38,073 nt of DNA. It comes from Octopus bimaculoides (taxonomy: Eukaryota). Location: the NCBI RefSeq assembly GCF_001194135.2, contig NC_068981.1, forward strand, positions 157,341,713 to 157,379,785. The letters run 5' to 3'. Both the position numbers and the translations under genes were made by a program. The notes under the pieces are model-generated. The model searched no databases and was not told the origin of the DNA. It saw only the letters and a program-made list of their open reading frames with translations. Below, piece by piece: positions 9,768 to 21,172 of this stretch; positions within the stretch are counted from its first letter, which is position 1, and every line of letters starts with the position of its first letter.

Positions 9768-10224
9768 CAGTGGATTTTAGAAGGTGAGGAAGGACAGGTG
9801 GTTAACAACATAATAGTTAGAGAGGGTGTGATGAAGAGATGCGCTATTGAGAAAACAGAACAAGCAAAAGAGGGAAAGATGAGTGAGAAGGGGTATGAAT
9901 ATGAAGCGGGAAACAGAGAAGTGAGTTAAGAGTTTATGGATAGCTTCTTGTTTAAGAATGGGGCTATCACTGTAAAGCAGATTAATCAAACCCATGCCAG
10001 CTTAAGAAAATAGGTGCTAAAACAATGATGATGGATGATACACAAAGTGTTAGTTAAGAAAAAGAGAGAGAGAGAGAGAGCTTTATCTATACCTGAAAGA
10101 GGTCCATCTGAGATGGAAAAATAAGTTGAATATATAAATAAGTGTATCTGATCCAAATGGAAGATGAAAGAGAAAAAAGGCTTTTGTATGAAAGACTGGA
10201 AGTGTGTATGTATGTGTGCATGTG

Positions 10225-10536
10225 TGTGTGTGAATAGATAACCATTTAGGCACATAAGCATATATGTACAAATGTATTTGTGTGCATGTGTGTGTTTACA
10301 TAAAGGTGTATGTAAGTGTGAATATTTAACCATGTATGCAGAAATGTATATATGTACAAATGTATTTGTGTATGTGTTTGTGTGTGTGAATAGATAACCA
10401 TTTAGGCACATAAGCATATATGTACAAATGTATTTGTGTGCGTGTGCGTGTGTACATAAAGGTGTATGTAAGTGTGAATATTTAACCATGTATGCACAAA
10501 TGCATACATGTACAAATGTATTTGTGTATGTGTGTT
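10225..10536. repeat. Two-copy tandem duplication, 156-bp unit, (GT)-rich
   Basis: 'gaatagataaccatttaggcacataagcatatatgtacaaatg' starts at 10232 and again at 10388. Confidence 0.9.
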
Positions 10537-10552
10537 GTGTGTGTTGTGTGTG

Positions 10553-10590
<38 letters not shown>

Positions 10591-11059
10591 AAGGCAGTGA
10601 TTCATGAACTGGAGTAAAACAAAAACCTTTTGTTATGGATATGGCAGCTGTGCATATGTGAGAAAAAGACCTAAGCTAGAACACAGAACATCTCAATAGT
10701 TGCTAAATGGCTAAAGTAGTTATAGCTACATTAGGTTTGATATGGAGGCTGTATAGATAATGGTGGGGGTGGGTGGGAATAAAGCTGTAGTGTGGAGCAA
10801 TGAATTCCAACATTTAGCGGTTGAATCAATACTACTTGACACCACTGGATGGAAGGATACTGAAAGATGATGCCAATTGACTGTGATCTTCTGCCGACAG
10901 TTTATGAAGAAAGTGTTCTGTAGTGGAAGCTGTACACAGTAACATATATGCATATGTACGTTTGTACATACATAGATACATACATGCATAATACCTAGAT
11001 ACATGCATGCATAATACCTACCTACCTACCTACCTACCTAACTACCTCCATACATACAT

Positions 11060-11313
11060 TGATTGATTGATTGATGATGGCTGCCCCCTCATTATCGAGT
11101 ATGGCCATTGCACGAAGCTTAACTTAACGGTGCTGTGATCGAATGTGACTTTTTAGCCCAGTCAAAGATCTACAATGTCTTGCACAGAGTTGGCATCCAA
11201 AACCTTTACTGGCAATAGCTGGCTGTTGTTGTAATTGGGCTCCAAGTTCAATAAAAGGCATCAACAACCAGTGATTTCTGGTATCTTGGCCGACCAATAA
11301 ATTGTGGTTGACC
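11060..11313 (-). mobile_element. 3' end of an RTE-like LINE (C-terminal C2H2 finger, stop, 3' UTR, (ATCA)n tail)
   Basis: The minus strand reads GFGCQLCARHCRSLTGLKSHIRSQHR*, then '...gagggggcagccatcatcaatcaatcaat'. The clade call is inference from the finger style and the microsatellite tail. Confidence 0.7.
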
Positions 11314-11429
11314 AAATTTATATTTTTGGAAGATTGGTTTTCATTATATTTTTGACAATTGTTGAAAGAAACATTGTTAGCAAAGTGATATTGCAAGAAG
11401 ATGTATGTATGTATGTATGTATGTATGTA

Positions 11430-11639
11430 TGTATGCAGTGTCTGTGCAAGACCGTGCCTCAGTAAAGCTGGGCTTATGAGTCATCTTCGTAGTCATAAAG
11501 CAAGATCGATGATTGACTACCAGGCCGCTGGTGATGATGCTACACACCATACTAATCATGTCTGTCGGTCAACCACAATTTATTGGTCGGCCAAGATACC
11601 AGAAATCACTGGTTGTTGATGCCTTTTATTGAACTTGGA
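11430..11639 (+). mobile_element. Second LINE C-terminal fragment in the opposite orientation (C2H2 finger plus a shared 73-bp segment)
   Basis: The plus strand reads CSVCARPCLSKAGLMSHLRSH. Bases 11567-11639 are the exact reverse complement of 11241-11313. Confidence 0.7.
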
Positions 11640-12496
11640 TTTGCTGAACAATACATGACTGTTGGTGTTAACTTAAAGTTTTGAAAATGCCTTTCCACCA
11701 AATAAAAAAGATAAACTTCCTGGTTGAGATTTTTCTTTTATAGGAATGTAGTTTCTTGAAGGTATTCTTTTAGAAAATAATCTGGTTTTACTAAGGTTAT
11801 TTTTCAAATCATATTCTTAAAAAAGCAAGCTGGATACTTTACTGCAATTTCATTATGAACACTGCATAATTCCTCAGTGTTAGTTTGGTAAACACAAGTT
11901 TTATGGCAGTAAATTTCATCAAAGCTATTACCTAATTATAGGTTTGGAAAAAGAAAAAACTCAATGCAAAAATGTTCATTTTATATCATGGCCCATGCTT
12001 CTATTTCAGGTAGTTGTTTGCAAACCATAAAAAATTGACACTATTTGATCTTTTCATATTACAGTTGTATATTTTATTGTAATTGAAGCAGTTGCAAAGA
12101 TCCCTGCTGATTTTCATATTAAATCTTGGTATGAATGAATTGCCATGTGATATTGAAATGTCTTTCTAAGACACTGAAATGTCTGCTAGAATGTAATAGA
12201 GAACTCTCTTTTTGCAGTAGATACATATATGGGCCAAATGACCTTTTCTTTTTTTTTCTATATATTTTTTCTTTTTTCACTAAGGGGATTTTATCTGAAA
12301 TTACAATACAATGTGTATTTGAAAATGTGCAGAGAACTGCAGCATGAACAGTCATACTACAGCAGTCATGAGTAAACTGACTGATGAACTAATGGAGCAC
12401 ATAAAATGCTCAGATATTAATGTTTGTACATCAAAATAGTCATACTAAAATAATTTCATATTATTTGAGCTCATACAATTGAGACTTGGTTTGGAG

Positions 12497-12497
<1 letters not shown>

Positions 12498-12591
<94 letters not shown>

Positions 12592-12598
12592 TGTGTGT
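12498..12598. repeat. (GT)n microsatellite
   Basis: Directly visible. Confidence 0.95.
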
Positions 12599-14806
12599 AC
12601 TGTAACTACGGTCTTTCTTGGTGTAAAAATGTAATTTTCTCCCTGAGTGAAGGACAAAATATATGATATCGGGTGGTAGTGAAAAATGAGTGGTGAGTGT
12701 AGCAAATGAGTAAGGGCTGGATAAAAATGATGTGAGCATGCTCTGCAGTATGTGTAATGTTAGTAAGCATGCAAAGCAGAGCATAAACAAACTGAGAGGA
12801 AAATGGATACAAGAGAAATAGAAATTTCATGAAGAGTGCAAGAGAGGGGACTGTAGATACAATCATGAGATGCATATGCAGGATGACAGTTGGACAGAGA
12901 ATTCCTGTAGGATCCTGTAGAAGAGGAAGACTACAGACGATGTCAGAAGTTGTAGTAAAGGCTGGCCAAAAAAGTATAACAAACACAAGATGAAATTTAT
13001 ATAATTTGTCCCCAACATATGTTTCACCATTGTGGTTATTTGCATTCTCTGCAGTGAGTGTTCTGTGAACAATTGGATGCTGAACCACAACAATTCATCT
13101 GAGGAAGACTTTTTCCTTACACTGCTAAGTACTGTAGTAACCACACCACTTTACTAGAAGCAGAATGGATGATGAAACTATATATATATATATATATATA
13201 TCTTTTACTGGTTTCACACTTAAGACTTCAACAATACTGAAACATTGTCTTCAAGCATTTTAAGCCATCATATCGACCCCACTAGTTATTTCAGTCTGGC
13301 AGTTAATAATTTCTCAATCTCTATTTTTTGAATCATTAAGGTAAAAGACATAAAGGAAGATAACATCTCAACACCAACAACAGATGTAACTGGACTGAAT
13401 CAAAACCATACTTATTAAGGAAAAGTTAATTCAAAGAAAGAAGGTAAAAAATATTGAAAGAGGTGGAAAGAAAACCCTATAAAAATTATATCAGAATAAC
13501 GGTTGGGATTTCAAGATATAACTTGCTATAGAAGGAACTTAAAGCCTATATGGAAGCATATGTGGAGCTTTAGGTCGATAAATTTTGCAAATATTTGAGT
13601 GGTACACTTTGTGTGTATGATTTCAGGACATGCTCCTTTTGTACAACAGAAAATTATAAATGAATATGTTTGCTCACCAGAAGAAAGGATGTGACATCAC
13701 ATTGAAGACAGTAGAATAAATAATTTTTTTAAAAACATGTCCTGTTTGTAAAAGCATATATATCTGATGATTTAATAGTGATAGAGCTGATAATGGAGGT
13801 ATAGTAATGTTGATCTGAAGAGAACAACGATTTAAATTGAACAAAAAAACCCTCAAAAAACAAAAAAATGACCAACGAATTAACTAATAACAAATTGACA
13901 ATTCAGAGAATTGGATATACAGAGTACATTAACTGAATAACAGAATTTATATTATTTTGAGAGTTAAAGTTCTGGAAACAAAGACTTGATAGGAGATAAG
14001 AGCATGTGTATTTCCTTTATATCCTGTTATCATAAGTTGATCCTTTCCATTTATTCTTACACTGTATAGACTTAATGCCATGTCCCAAATAATTCATAAT
14101 TCATATAAATTTATAATAGGCCCTATGAAGTATGCATATTTTGTTATCATATAAATAAAAATGCACTTAACACACATATGTACACATAACACACATACAT
14201 ACACATAAGGATAACTAGTTAATAATACATATATATAAGTTGCCAAAAATATCAGAAGTATCTTAAGAAAAAATTAAAAAATTTACATGAGCGTGCAAAG
14301 CACAAGTGCAAAGGAAAATGTTATAAGCGGCATTAGAAAATATCATAAACTTAAATAACAAAAAGAATTGTGTATGTGTATTAAAAGGCAGAAAGGTGAA
14401 CGGTTTCAGCATGTGGTTAATAGAAAGTAGAAGGCAAATATAGTATCAACAGAAAAAAATTAGGCATAAAAGTTATTAAAAATACAAAAAAGGAAAGAGA
14501 ATTCTACATGCAAAAAATAGAGATGGTTAATAATGTGTTAATAATAAGCGGATAAATGAAGAACTGTTTGAAATTAATGGTGCAAAAATTAACACAGAAA
14601 CTAAAAAGAAGTTAGGGGTGTAAAGATGATTTGGCTGAGATAAAGCCCAAATCTAATAGGATCTTCATTAAAGGAAATAAAAATGTATTGAAATTAAAAT
14701 GTGAATTGCAAACTTTAAACTAAATAAGGCAGCTAGTGCTTGAAGGATTAAAACAATTTAGCAAGTGTATGTTAGGTTATTAACTATGCTTTTACAACAA
14801 TGATGT

Positions 14807-15170
14807 GGAGGTGCAATGGCCCAGTGGTTAGGGCAGCGGACTCGCGGTCATAGGATCGCGGTTTCGATTCCCAGACCGGGCGTTGTGAGTGTTTATTGAG
14901 TGAAAACACCTAAAGCTACACGAGGTTCTGGCAGGGGATGGTGGCGAACCCTGCTGTACTCTTTCACCACAACTTTCTCTCACTCTTACTTCCTGTTTCT
15001 GTTGTGCCTGTAATTCAAAGGGTCAGCCTTGTCACACTGTGTCACGCTGAATATCCCTGAGAACTACGTTAAGGGTACACGTGTCTGTGGAGTGCTCAGC
15101 CACTTGCATGTTAATTTCACGAGCAGGCTGTTTCGTTGATCGATGTCATAAGCGACGGAGTGCCAACAAC
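14807..15170 (+). mobile_element. SINE family C: near full-length tRNA-derived SINE with (CAA) tail
   Basis: A-box TGGCCCAGTGG and B-box GGTTTCGATTCC, a CpG-rich body, and the end 'gacggagtgccaacaac'. Possible TSD CAATGAT at 14798-14804 and 15173-15179. Confidence 0.9.
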
Positions 15171-17100
15171 ATCAATGATAAAAGACCAGGAATGAAAAGA
15201 TCAGTTGAAATTGGTTTTATTGGCAATTCATATTAACAATTTGAGATTGTGTAGAGAAAGCTAAATGTTCTTAGAGATGAGTGGCTTCAATGAATTTTTG
15301 CATAAAATACCAAGTAAATGGATATATAGATAGGCTGATGAAGTTTGAAAAAAAAATAGAGTTAGTAATATTAGTTAAGGAAAAGATAAGGCATGTAGTA
15401 CATATGAAGAGATACAAAAATTAAAAAGCTCAGAGGTTCAAGGAAACTTCAAAATTGTGAAACCAGCAAAGTAACAAACACATGTCAAATATAAGATGCA
15501 GAAATAGATTCAAGCAGAAAACTGAATATACTGAACCTATATCTTGGAAACACAAACTTAAAAATAGAATATGTAATATGTGGATGAATCCACCTTTTAA
15601 TCTCAAAGTAGACCACTTTGTAACAGGAATTTTTACTTAAGAATACTCCCCATATAATCATAGGTATTATAGTACTTTCAGTAAACTTCCTATTAAGATC
15701 CTAATGCCATAATTTATGCTTCTTCTAACCTAATGAAATTAAAGCAATCTAGTACTATATATACAACTAATAATTGTAATTATGCTAATTATTTGTCATG
15801 TCCTTTCAATTTCTAATGCTTAAATAAAGATACCACATACAAAAGTAAAACTACAGACTACACTAAAATATAAATGGATCTCACTGCCAAATCCTTTAAG
15901 ATTCAAAGTTTTCCTTTCAGACACATTCCACATGTAAAACTATATCTCTTTGAAATTGTAAGTGGAACCTAAAGACCATAACCTTTCAAAACACAGACAT
16001 AGAACTAGACACAGTAAATTACTGATGTACACACAGACATTCAGGCAGAAACATAAACACATTGCACATGCATACATGTGCATGAATATATATACAGAGC
16101 ATGTAAGTGCTTGCATGCTCAAAATGCATTTGTGAGCATCTATAAACAGGCGTCTATAAACATAAGCACACAGAATTTGCACATTTATGCAAGCATACAT
16201 ATATACATCTAGGAAGAATATATATATAGCATTCAGGCATACACACACACATATACAACAAATCCAGGTTACTCTATACCATACACAGCACAATCATCTC
16301 CAAGTAAAATTTCACATGGATCTTGTTTTCTTATGAACACACACACGTGCGTATGCATGTATGTACACACACGTATACATACACACCACGCACAAGTTTT
16401 CTTGTCTATCTTTTTATCCCACTGCATATTTGTCAACAGAGTAAAAATGTCTTATTGTCTTGTAATGGAATTTCTATATTCCATTTAGATCATTAAACCC
16501 TTATACTACACAGCGCATTCAAACAGAATCTGTTCCTAATCAGTATGCATCTTTAATGGGAACAAAGTTCATATTTAAATTTTAAAAGAATGATTATTTT
16601 GTGTGTATGAATAAACCAGTGATTTACTGGAATTAAAAATAGAGTTCTGAGACTCTAAATAATTTCCTGTTTCAAGTTGCTCCTACTTTAGAAGATCATT
16701 GATCGATTTCGTTCAACTAGTGACTACCTCGAATTTTTAGACTTATGATATTAAGCATTGAAATTTCTAATGTGTCGTTTCTTTTCTAAGACAGTAGGGT
16801 ACAAAGTGAAGGAAGTACGGCTGCTATTTTTAGCAGGTCGAACGCTCGCGAAGATACTTCTTCTCCAGCGTTTGTTGGCACATTTGAGCTTACATGCGAG
16901 TATTATAGCAGAAAATCATGTTATGAATAGATTAAATCGAATATATTAATAGTTTAGGTGGGAAATGACTAACTATCAATTACAGAAGGGAAACAATGAA
17001 CTTCAAAAGTATCAGAGTTATTTCCCCTAAACAATTACTAAAATAATGCATCTTGAACAAATCGTTGGTGCATGCGTGTGTGTATGTGTCTGTGTGCGTA

Positions 17101-17104
<4 letters not shown>

Positions 17105-17185
<81 letters not shown>
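17105..17185. repeat. (GT)n microsatellite
   Basis: Directly visible. Confidence 0.95.
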
Positions 17186-17191
<6 letters not shown>

Positions 17192-17361
17192 ATACGTTTA
17201 ACTACATATCAATTGAATTGGAAAACCCACTAAAACTCGAATTTATCAATATACTAGCTTCAAGTTTCGTACTAAAATAAACAGTAGAAATGGCATGAAA
17301 ATCCAAAGGGAATGACGAATAACGTTCATGAGAACTTTAACACATAGTTACACCTTTTAAT

Positions 17362-17560
17362 AATAGTTTCAAATTTTGGCACAGGGCCAACAATTTCAGG
17401 GAAGGGGATAAATCGATTACATCGTTCTCAGTGTTCAACTGGTACTTATTTTACCGACCCCAAAAGGATGAAAGGTAAAATCGACCTCGGCGGAAATTGA
17501 ACTCAGAACATGAAGACGGACGAAATGTATTTTAGTATTTTGCCAGGCATACTAACGATT
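17362..17560 (-). mobile_element. SINE family B copy (head truncated)
   Basis: 'gtttcaaattttggcacagggcc...caactggtacttattttaccgacccc..aaggatgaaagg...gaactcagaac'. Confidence 0.9.
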
Positions 17561-17569
17561 TAACAATTA

Positions 17570-17800
17570 TTTCTTTTTTGCCCACAGGGGGCTAAATATA
17601 GAGGGGACAAACATGGACAGATAAAGAGATTAAGTCGATTATATCGACCCCAGTGCGTAACTGGTGCTTATTTAATCGACTCCGAAAGGATGAAAGGCAA
17701 AGTCGACCTCGGCGGAATTTGAACTCAGAACGTAGCGGCAGACGAAATACCGCTAAGCATTTCGCCCGGCGTGTTAACGTTTCTGCCAGCTCGCCGCCTT
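17570..17800 (-). mobile_element. SINE family B copy with a different tail variant and a complete head
   Basis: 'ccacagggggctaaa...gtcgacctcggcggaatttgaactcagaacg...ctgccagctcgccgcctt'. Confidence 0.9.
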
Positions 17801-17969
17801 AGATTTTATTAAAATATTACAACTGTAACAGGTTGAATTATTTAATACAATTTCGATTCCGCCATCTCGCCGTCTTGTTACACCATTATTAAAATAATGG
17901 AGTGAAATAATACAAGCTCCGCCTGAGAAATTCCAAATACTTTCCCACTACCCAATATCAGCATTACTA

Positions 17970-18120
17970 GGCGCAGGTGTGGCTGTGTGGTAAGAAGCTT
18001 GCTTCCCAACGGCCTGGTTTTAAGTTTAGGTCAAACGCGTGACACCTTGGGCAAGTGTCTTCTACTATAACCTCGGGCCGGCCAAAGTGGATTTTGTTGA
18101 CGGAAATTGAAAAAAGTCCG
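17970..18120 (+). mobile_element. SINE family A, 5' half (tRNA-like head)
   Basis: 'ggcgcaggtgtggctgtgtggtaagaagcttgcttcccaac...accttgggcaagtgtcttctactata'. Confidence 0.85.
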
Positions 18121-18526
18121 GATTGAGCTGCTGTCTTGCTGACTTTGACATATTTTCTGTTACTTTGTTATATACCAGTTGTATTCAATGAACTTTCTAC
18201 AATCAGAGAGGATGAAGATCATAGTTTTGTTCATTCCATTTCTTTTTCTCGTTCCAATTTTTGCATCAACCTTCTTCATGTTTTTTCCACGATTTTTCTT
18301 ATTTTCTCATTGTCCATCGTCCTTATTTTAAAATATATATAACGCATTAACAGAGTCTGAAAAATTGCTTTGAGGTACATGACGTATCTTATAGATATGC
18401 CTGTTCAAGTATCATAAAAGCATGAAACTATTAATAACTCTTCTGGTTGTATATTAAATTGATATTTATCTCTCACTGGTTGGGGTACTTTTTTTGTTGA
18501 TTCTATCTCTATCGTATCAATAAACT

Positions 18527-18676
18527 NNNNNNNNNNNNNNNNNNNNNNNNNNNNNNNNNNNNNNNNNNNNNNNNNNNNNNNNNNNNNNNNNNNNNNNNNN
18601 NNNNNNNNNNNNNNNNNNNNNNNNNNNNNNNNNNNNNNNNNNNNNNNNNNNNNNNNNNNNNNNNNNNNNNNNNNNN
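18527..18676. other. Assembly gap (Ns)
   Basis: Run of N. Confidence 1.
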
Positions 18677-18717
<41 letters not shown>

Positions 18718-18931
18718 GTGTGTGCAAGTGCTTGCCCCGCCCCCACCGGTTGACAACTGGTGGTAGTGTGTTTACGTCCCTGTAACTAGTGGTTCGGCAA
18801 ATGAGACCGTTAGAGTAGGTACCAGACTAATAATAAGTACTGGTGTCGACCCATTCGTCTAAAAACACTTCAAGGCGGTGCCCTAGCATGGACGCAGTCT
18901 AAAGACTAAAACAAATAAAAGATAAAAGATA
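18677..18931 (+). mobile_element. SINE family A, 3' half
   Basis: (TA)n/(TG)n then 'tgacaac...gtgtttacgtccc.gtaact...gttcggcaa...aggcggtgcc..gcatgg..gcagtc...aaaagataaaaga'. Confidence 0.85.
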
Positions 18932-19029
18932 CAAAATAGCTTTATGGAGCTAACAAGACAGCTTGTATATGGTTTTTCGACTTATAAGAAATAGCAGCCT
19001 AATCGGAAACTTTGCTTGAAAGAGAGACT

Positions 19030-19620
19030 CTATGTTCTTCTGAATAGGGATTACTCGGACGAGGACAAATGATGGCATTGGTTTTATTGTAAAGAATTCA
19101 CGTCTGAAGATGGTGGAGCCTAGTGAGAAAGGGACCGAACAGGTTTTCTCTCTTTGGCTCTTCAAATCTGATGAGATTGTGAACCTCCTGCAGTGGCTAT
19201 GCTTAAATCTTCTACTTCATTCATGACTTAAGAGACTTCTACGATCAGCTCTCAACTATAATACAAAAGCTTCCAAGTTCGAAACAGTTGCTGCTACGAG
19301 GCAGCTTCTTTATCAGAGTGGGCGTCGCTAACAGTTCCTAGTTCAGAAGCCTAGAGTAGTATGGCTGGGTCTAGCAGCATAAATGCGAACGAACAACTGT
19401 TCGTACAATGAAACTTTGCACATATTAAGAATTTGTGTCTCCAACACCTATTTGCAGACCATTTCCAGACCAAAGTTAGGGCAAGATATCTTGAGGACAC
19501 ACTTCGTATTCCGACTATAATTAGACCTGATAATCAAAAGATGTCGCCACCTGAGAAACATGCTTTCAGAGTGCCGACTGTGACATGAACCATTGTCTGT
19601 TTTGCAGCATAATCAAATTT
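19030..19620 (+). pseudogene. LINE (RTE-like) apurinic-like endonuclease remnant
   Basis: Across frameshifts and stops: FF*IG..DGIGFIVKNSRLKMVEP..DFYDQLSTIIQKLPSSKQLLLRGSF.IRVG..LCVSNTY..LDLII..ADCDMNHCLFCS. These correspond to the APE motifs GVGF, GDFNARVG, LDLI and SDH-like. Confidence 0.8.
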
Positions 19621-19672
19621 CTTTCTGAGAAGTGCTTCGATGCAGGTAAGACGCAATGCCTAGATAAAGTAA

Positions 19673-19921
19673 AAGAGAGAGAGAGAGAGAGAAAGAGAGA
19701 GGGGGTGGAGAGAGAGAGAGAGAGAGAAAGGGGGAGAGAGAGAGAAAGGGAGAGAGAGAGAGCAAATTAAGTAGATCGCACGAGAAGAGATAGATAGCGA
19801 GTTAAAGAGCTAGCGAGATGGATGTATAGACCGATGGATAGACAGATAAATATAGGTATAGAAATAGCGAGATAAACAGATAGATAAATGAAGAGCGAGA
19901 TAGACAGGTAGACAGACAGAC

Positions 19922-19956
<35 letters not shown>

Positions 19957-19960
19957 CAGC
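19673..19960. repeat. (GA)n and (GATA)n/(GACA)n microsatellites
   Basis: Directly visible. Confidence 0.95.
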
Positions 19961-20448
19961 TAAGTAATAGATACAAAGATTGTCATACAGACAATTAAAT
20001 GGTTGATTAACATACAAACGTCTGTACATGTATGGGGTTATGTACTGTATATCAACATTGACTTATAAGACCCACAGCACCAGTGATATTAGGTCAGTGC
20101 GAGACCAATTAAACGTCGATACGTGTTTAAGTGATAAATTCATATCGTGCAGCAAGTATTACGATGCGACTCGACAAAATGTGTGCAGGTTTTAAAATCA
20201 TTAGTTGATTTTAAATGAAACGTGTGGGTGTATATTTTATTGTTATAACAGTTATCAATCAACTGACACATAAATCAATAGTCAAGAAACCGTTTCGGGT
20301 CTAGTAGTTTATAGTGATCATAATTTTCACCTGGTCATACAAGATCGAGACAATGATGTTCAAGAGACAAAGGGCTTCTTTCTACTACTGGTGGGATGAA
20401 AGCTAAGTTATAGTGTATCGGTTTGTAATTCCACGATTCTACTTAGAT

Positions 20449-21172
20449 CAGTGGTTCCCAAACTTTTTAGAGACGCGACCCACTATTTATGACACCAGTT
20501 TATGGCGACCCACTTAACTCTACTGGGTAAAAACATTAATGAAAGAAACAAATTTATTTCAGATTACATTTTCATTGAGGCCTGTGAGAAGGATGAGACT
20601 GTTTCTTGCTACGCTCAATAATAGAATTAACATCAGGTTCCATGCGTGATAGTTTCAGCCGAATTTGAGAGCTGCTAAATAGTAGCCTCCTGGTGATCAC
20701 TCCTATACTTTTTTGAATAATTTATAAACTTAGTGAAATTTACACTGTCTTACTGATTTAAATCTTTTACTATTTATATTAAATGTGAAACAAAACGTTT
20801 TATAACTGTTTCGACGTCTCCATACCCTATGGGCAGGTATTAACTCTAATACAAAACCTTGAAGCAGTAACTGTTATCGGCTCGATCAGTGTTGTACTGC
20901 GCCTAGTTAAATTCTCTATAAATAGGTAAAAACAGTCTTTTCCTTTTTACGATTACGTACGAATAAATAACTTGAGAAAATGACCACTCTGATTTGTTAA
21001 GTTCGTGAAAAAAGCCTACTGCTTGATAAAACAACCAGTCTATGAGTTTTGAACTATCTTGATAGACAGCAGCTAATCAAAGCTAATGCGTAATTTTATA
21101 ACTTTTTGCGACCCACTAGGATTCCGTTCGCGACCCATCAGTGGGTCGCGACTCATAGTTTGGGAACCACTG
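20449..21172 (-). mobile_element. hAT (Buster/Charlie group) non-autonomous deletion derivative, 724 bp
   Basis: Perfect 16-bp TIR CAGTGGTTCCCAAACT. Identical 8-bp TSD ACTTAGAT (20441-20448 and 21173-21180) of the nnnTAnnn type. Minus-strand transposase tail IRLKLSRMEPDVNSIIERSKKQSHPSHRPQ* within 20700-20572. Subterminal GCGACCCA motifs. Confidence 0.95.

Noticed and set aside
11124-11619. Two C2H2 zinc-finger ORFs as host (cephalopod-expanded) ZNF genes
   Set aside because: They are single fingers without TGEKP linkers or splice context. One ends in a 3' UTR with a microsatellite tail, typical of LINE C-termini.
12606-13144. 160-aa and 93-aa minus ORFs as the ninjurin N-terminal exon
   Set aside because: The GT after ..NNHN G is phase 1 and would hit a stop when joined to the 9736 acceptor. 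No homology evidence.
14807-14885. tRNA gene (and other A/B-box hits at 17970, 25430-25490, 28699)
   Set aside because: No full cloverleaf with acceptor stem. Each continues into a SINE body and tail.
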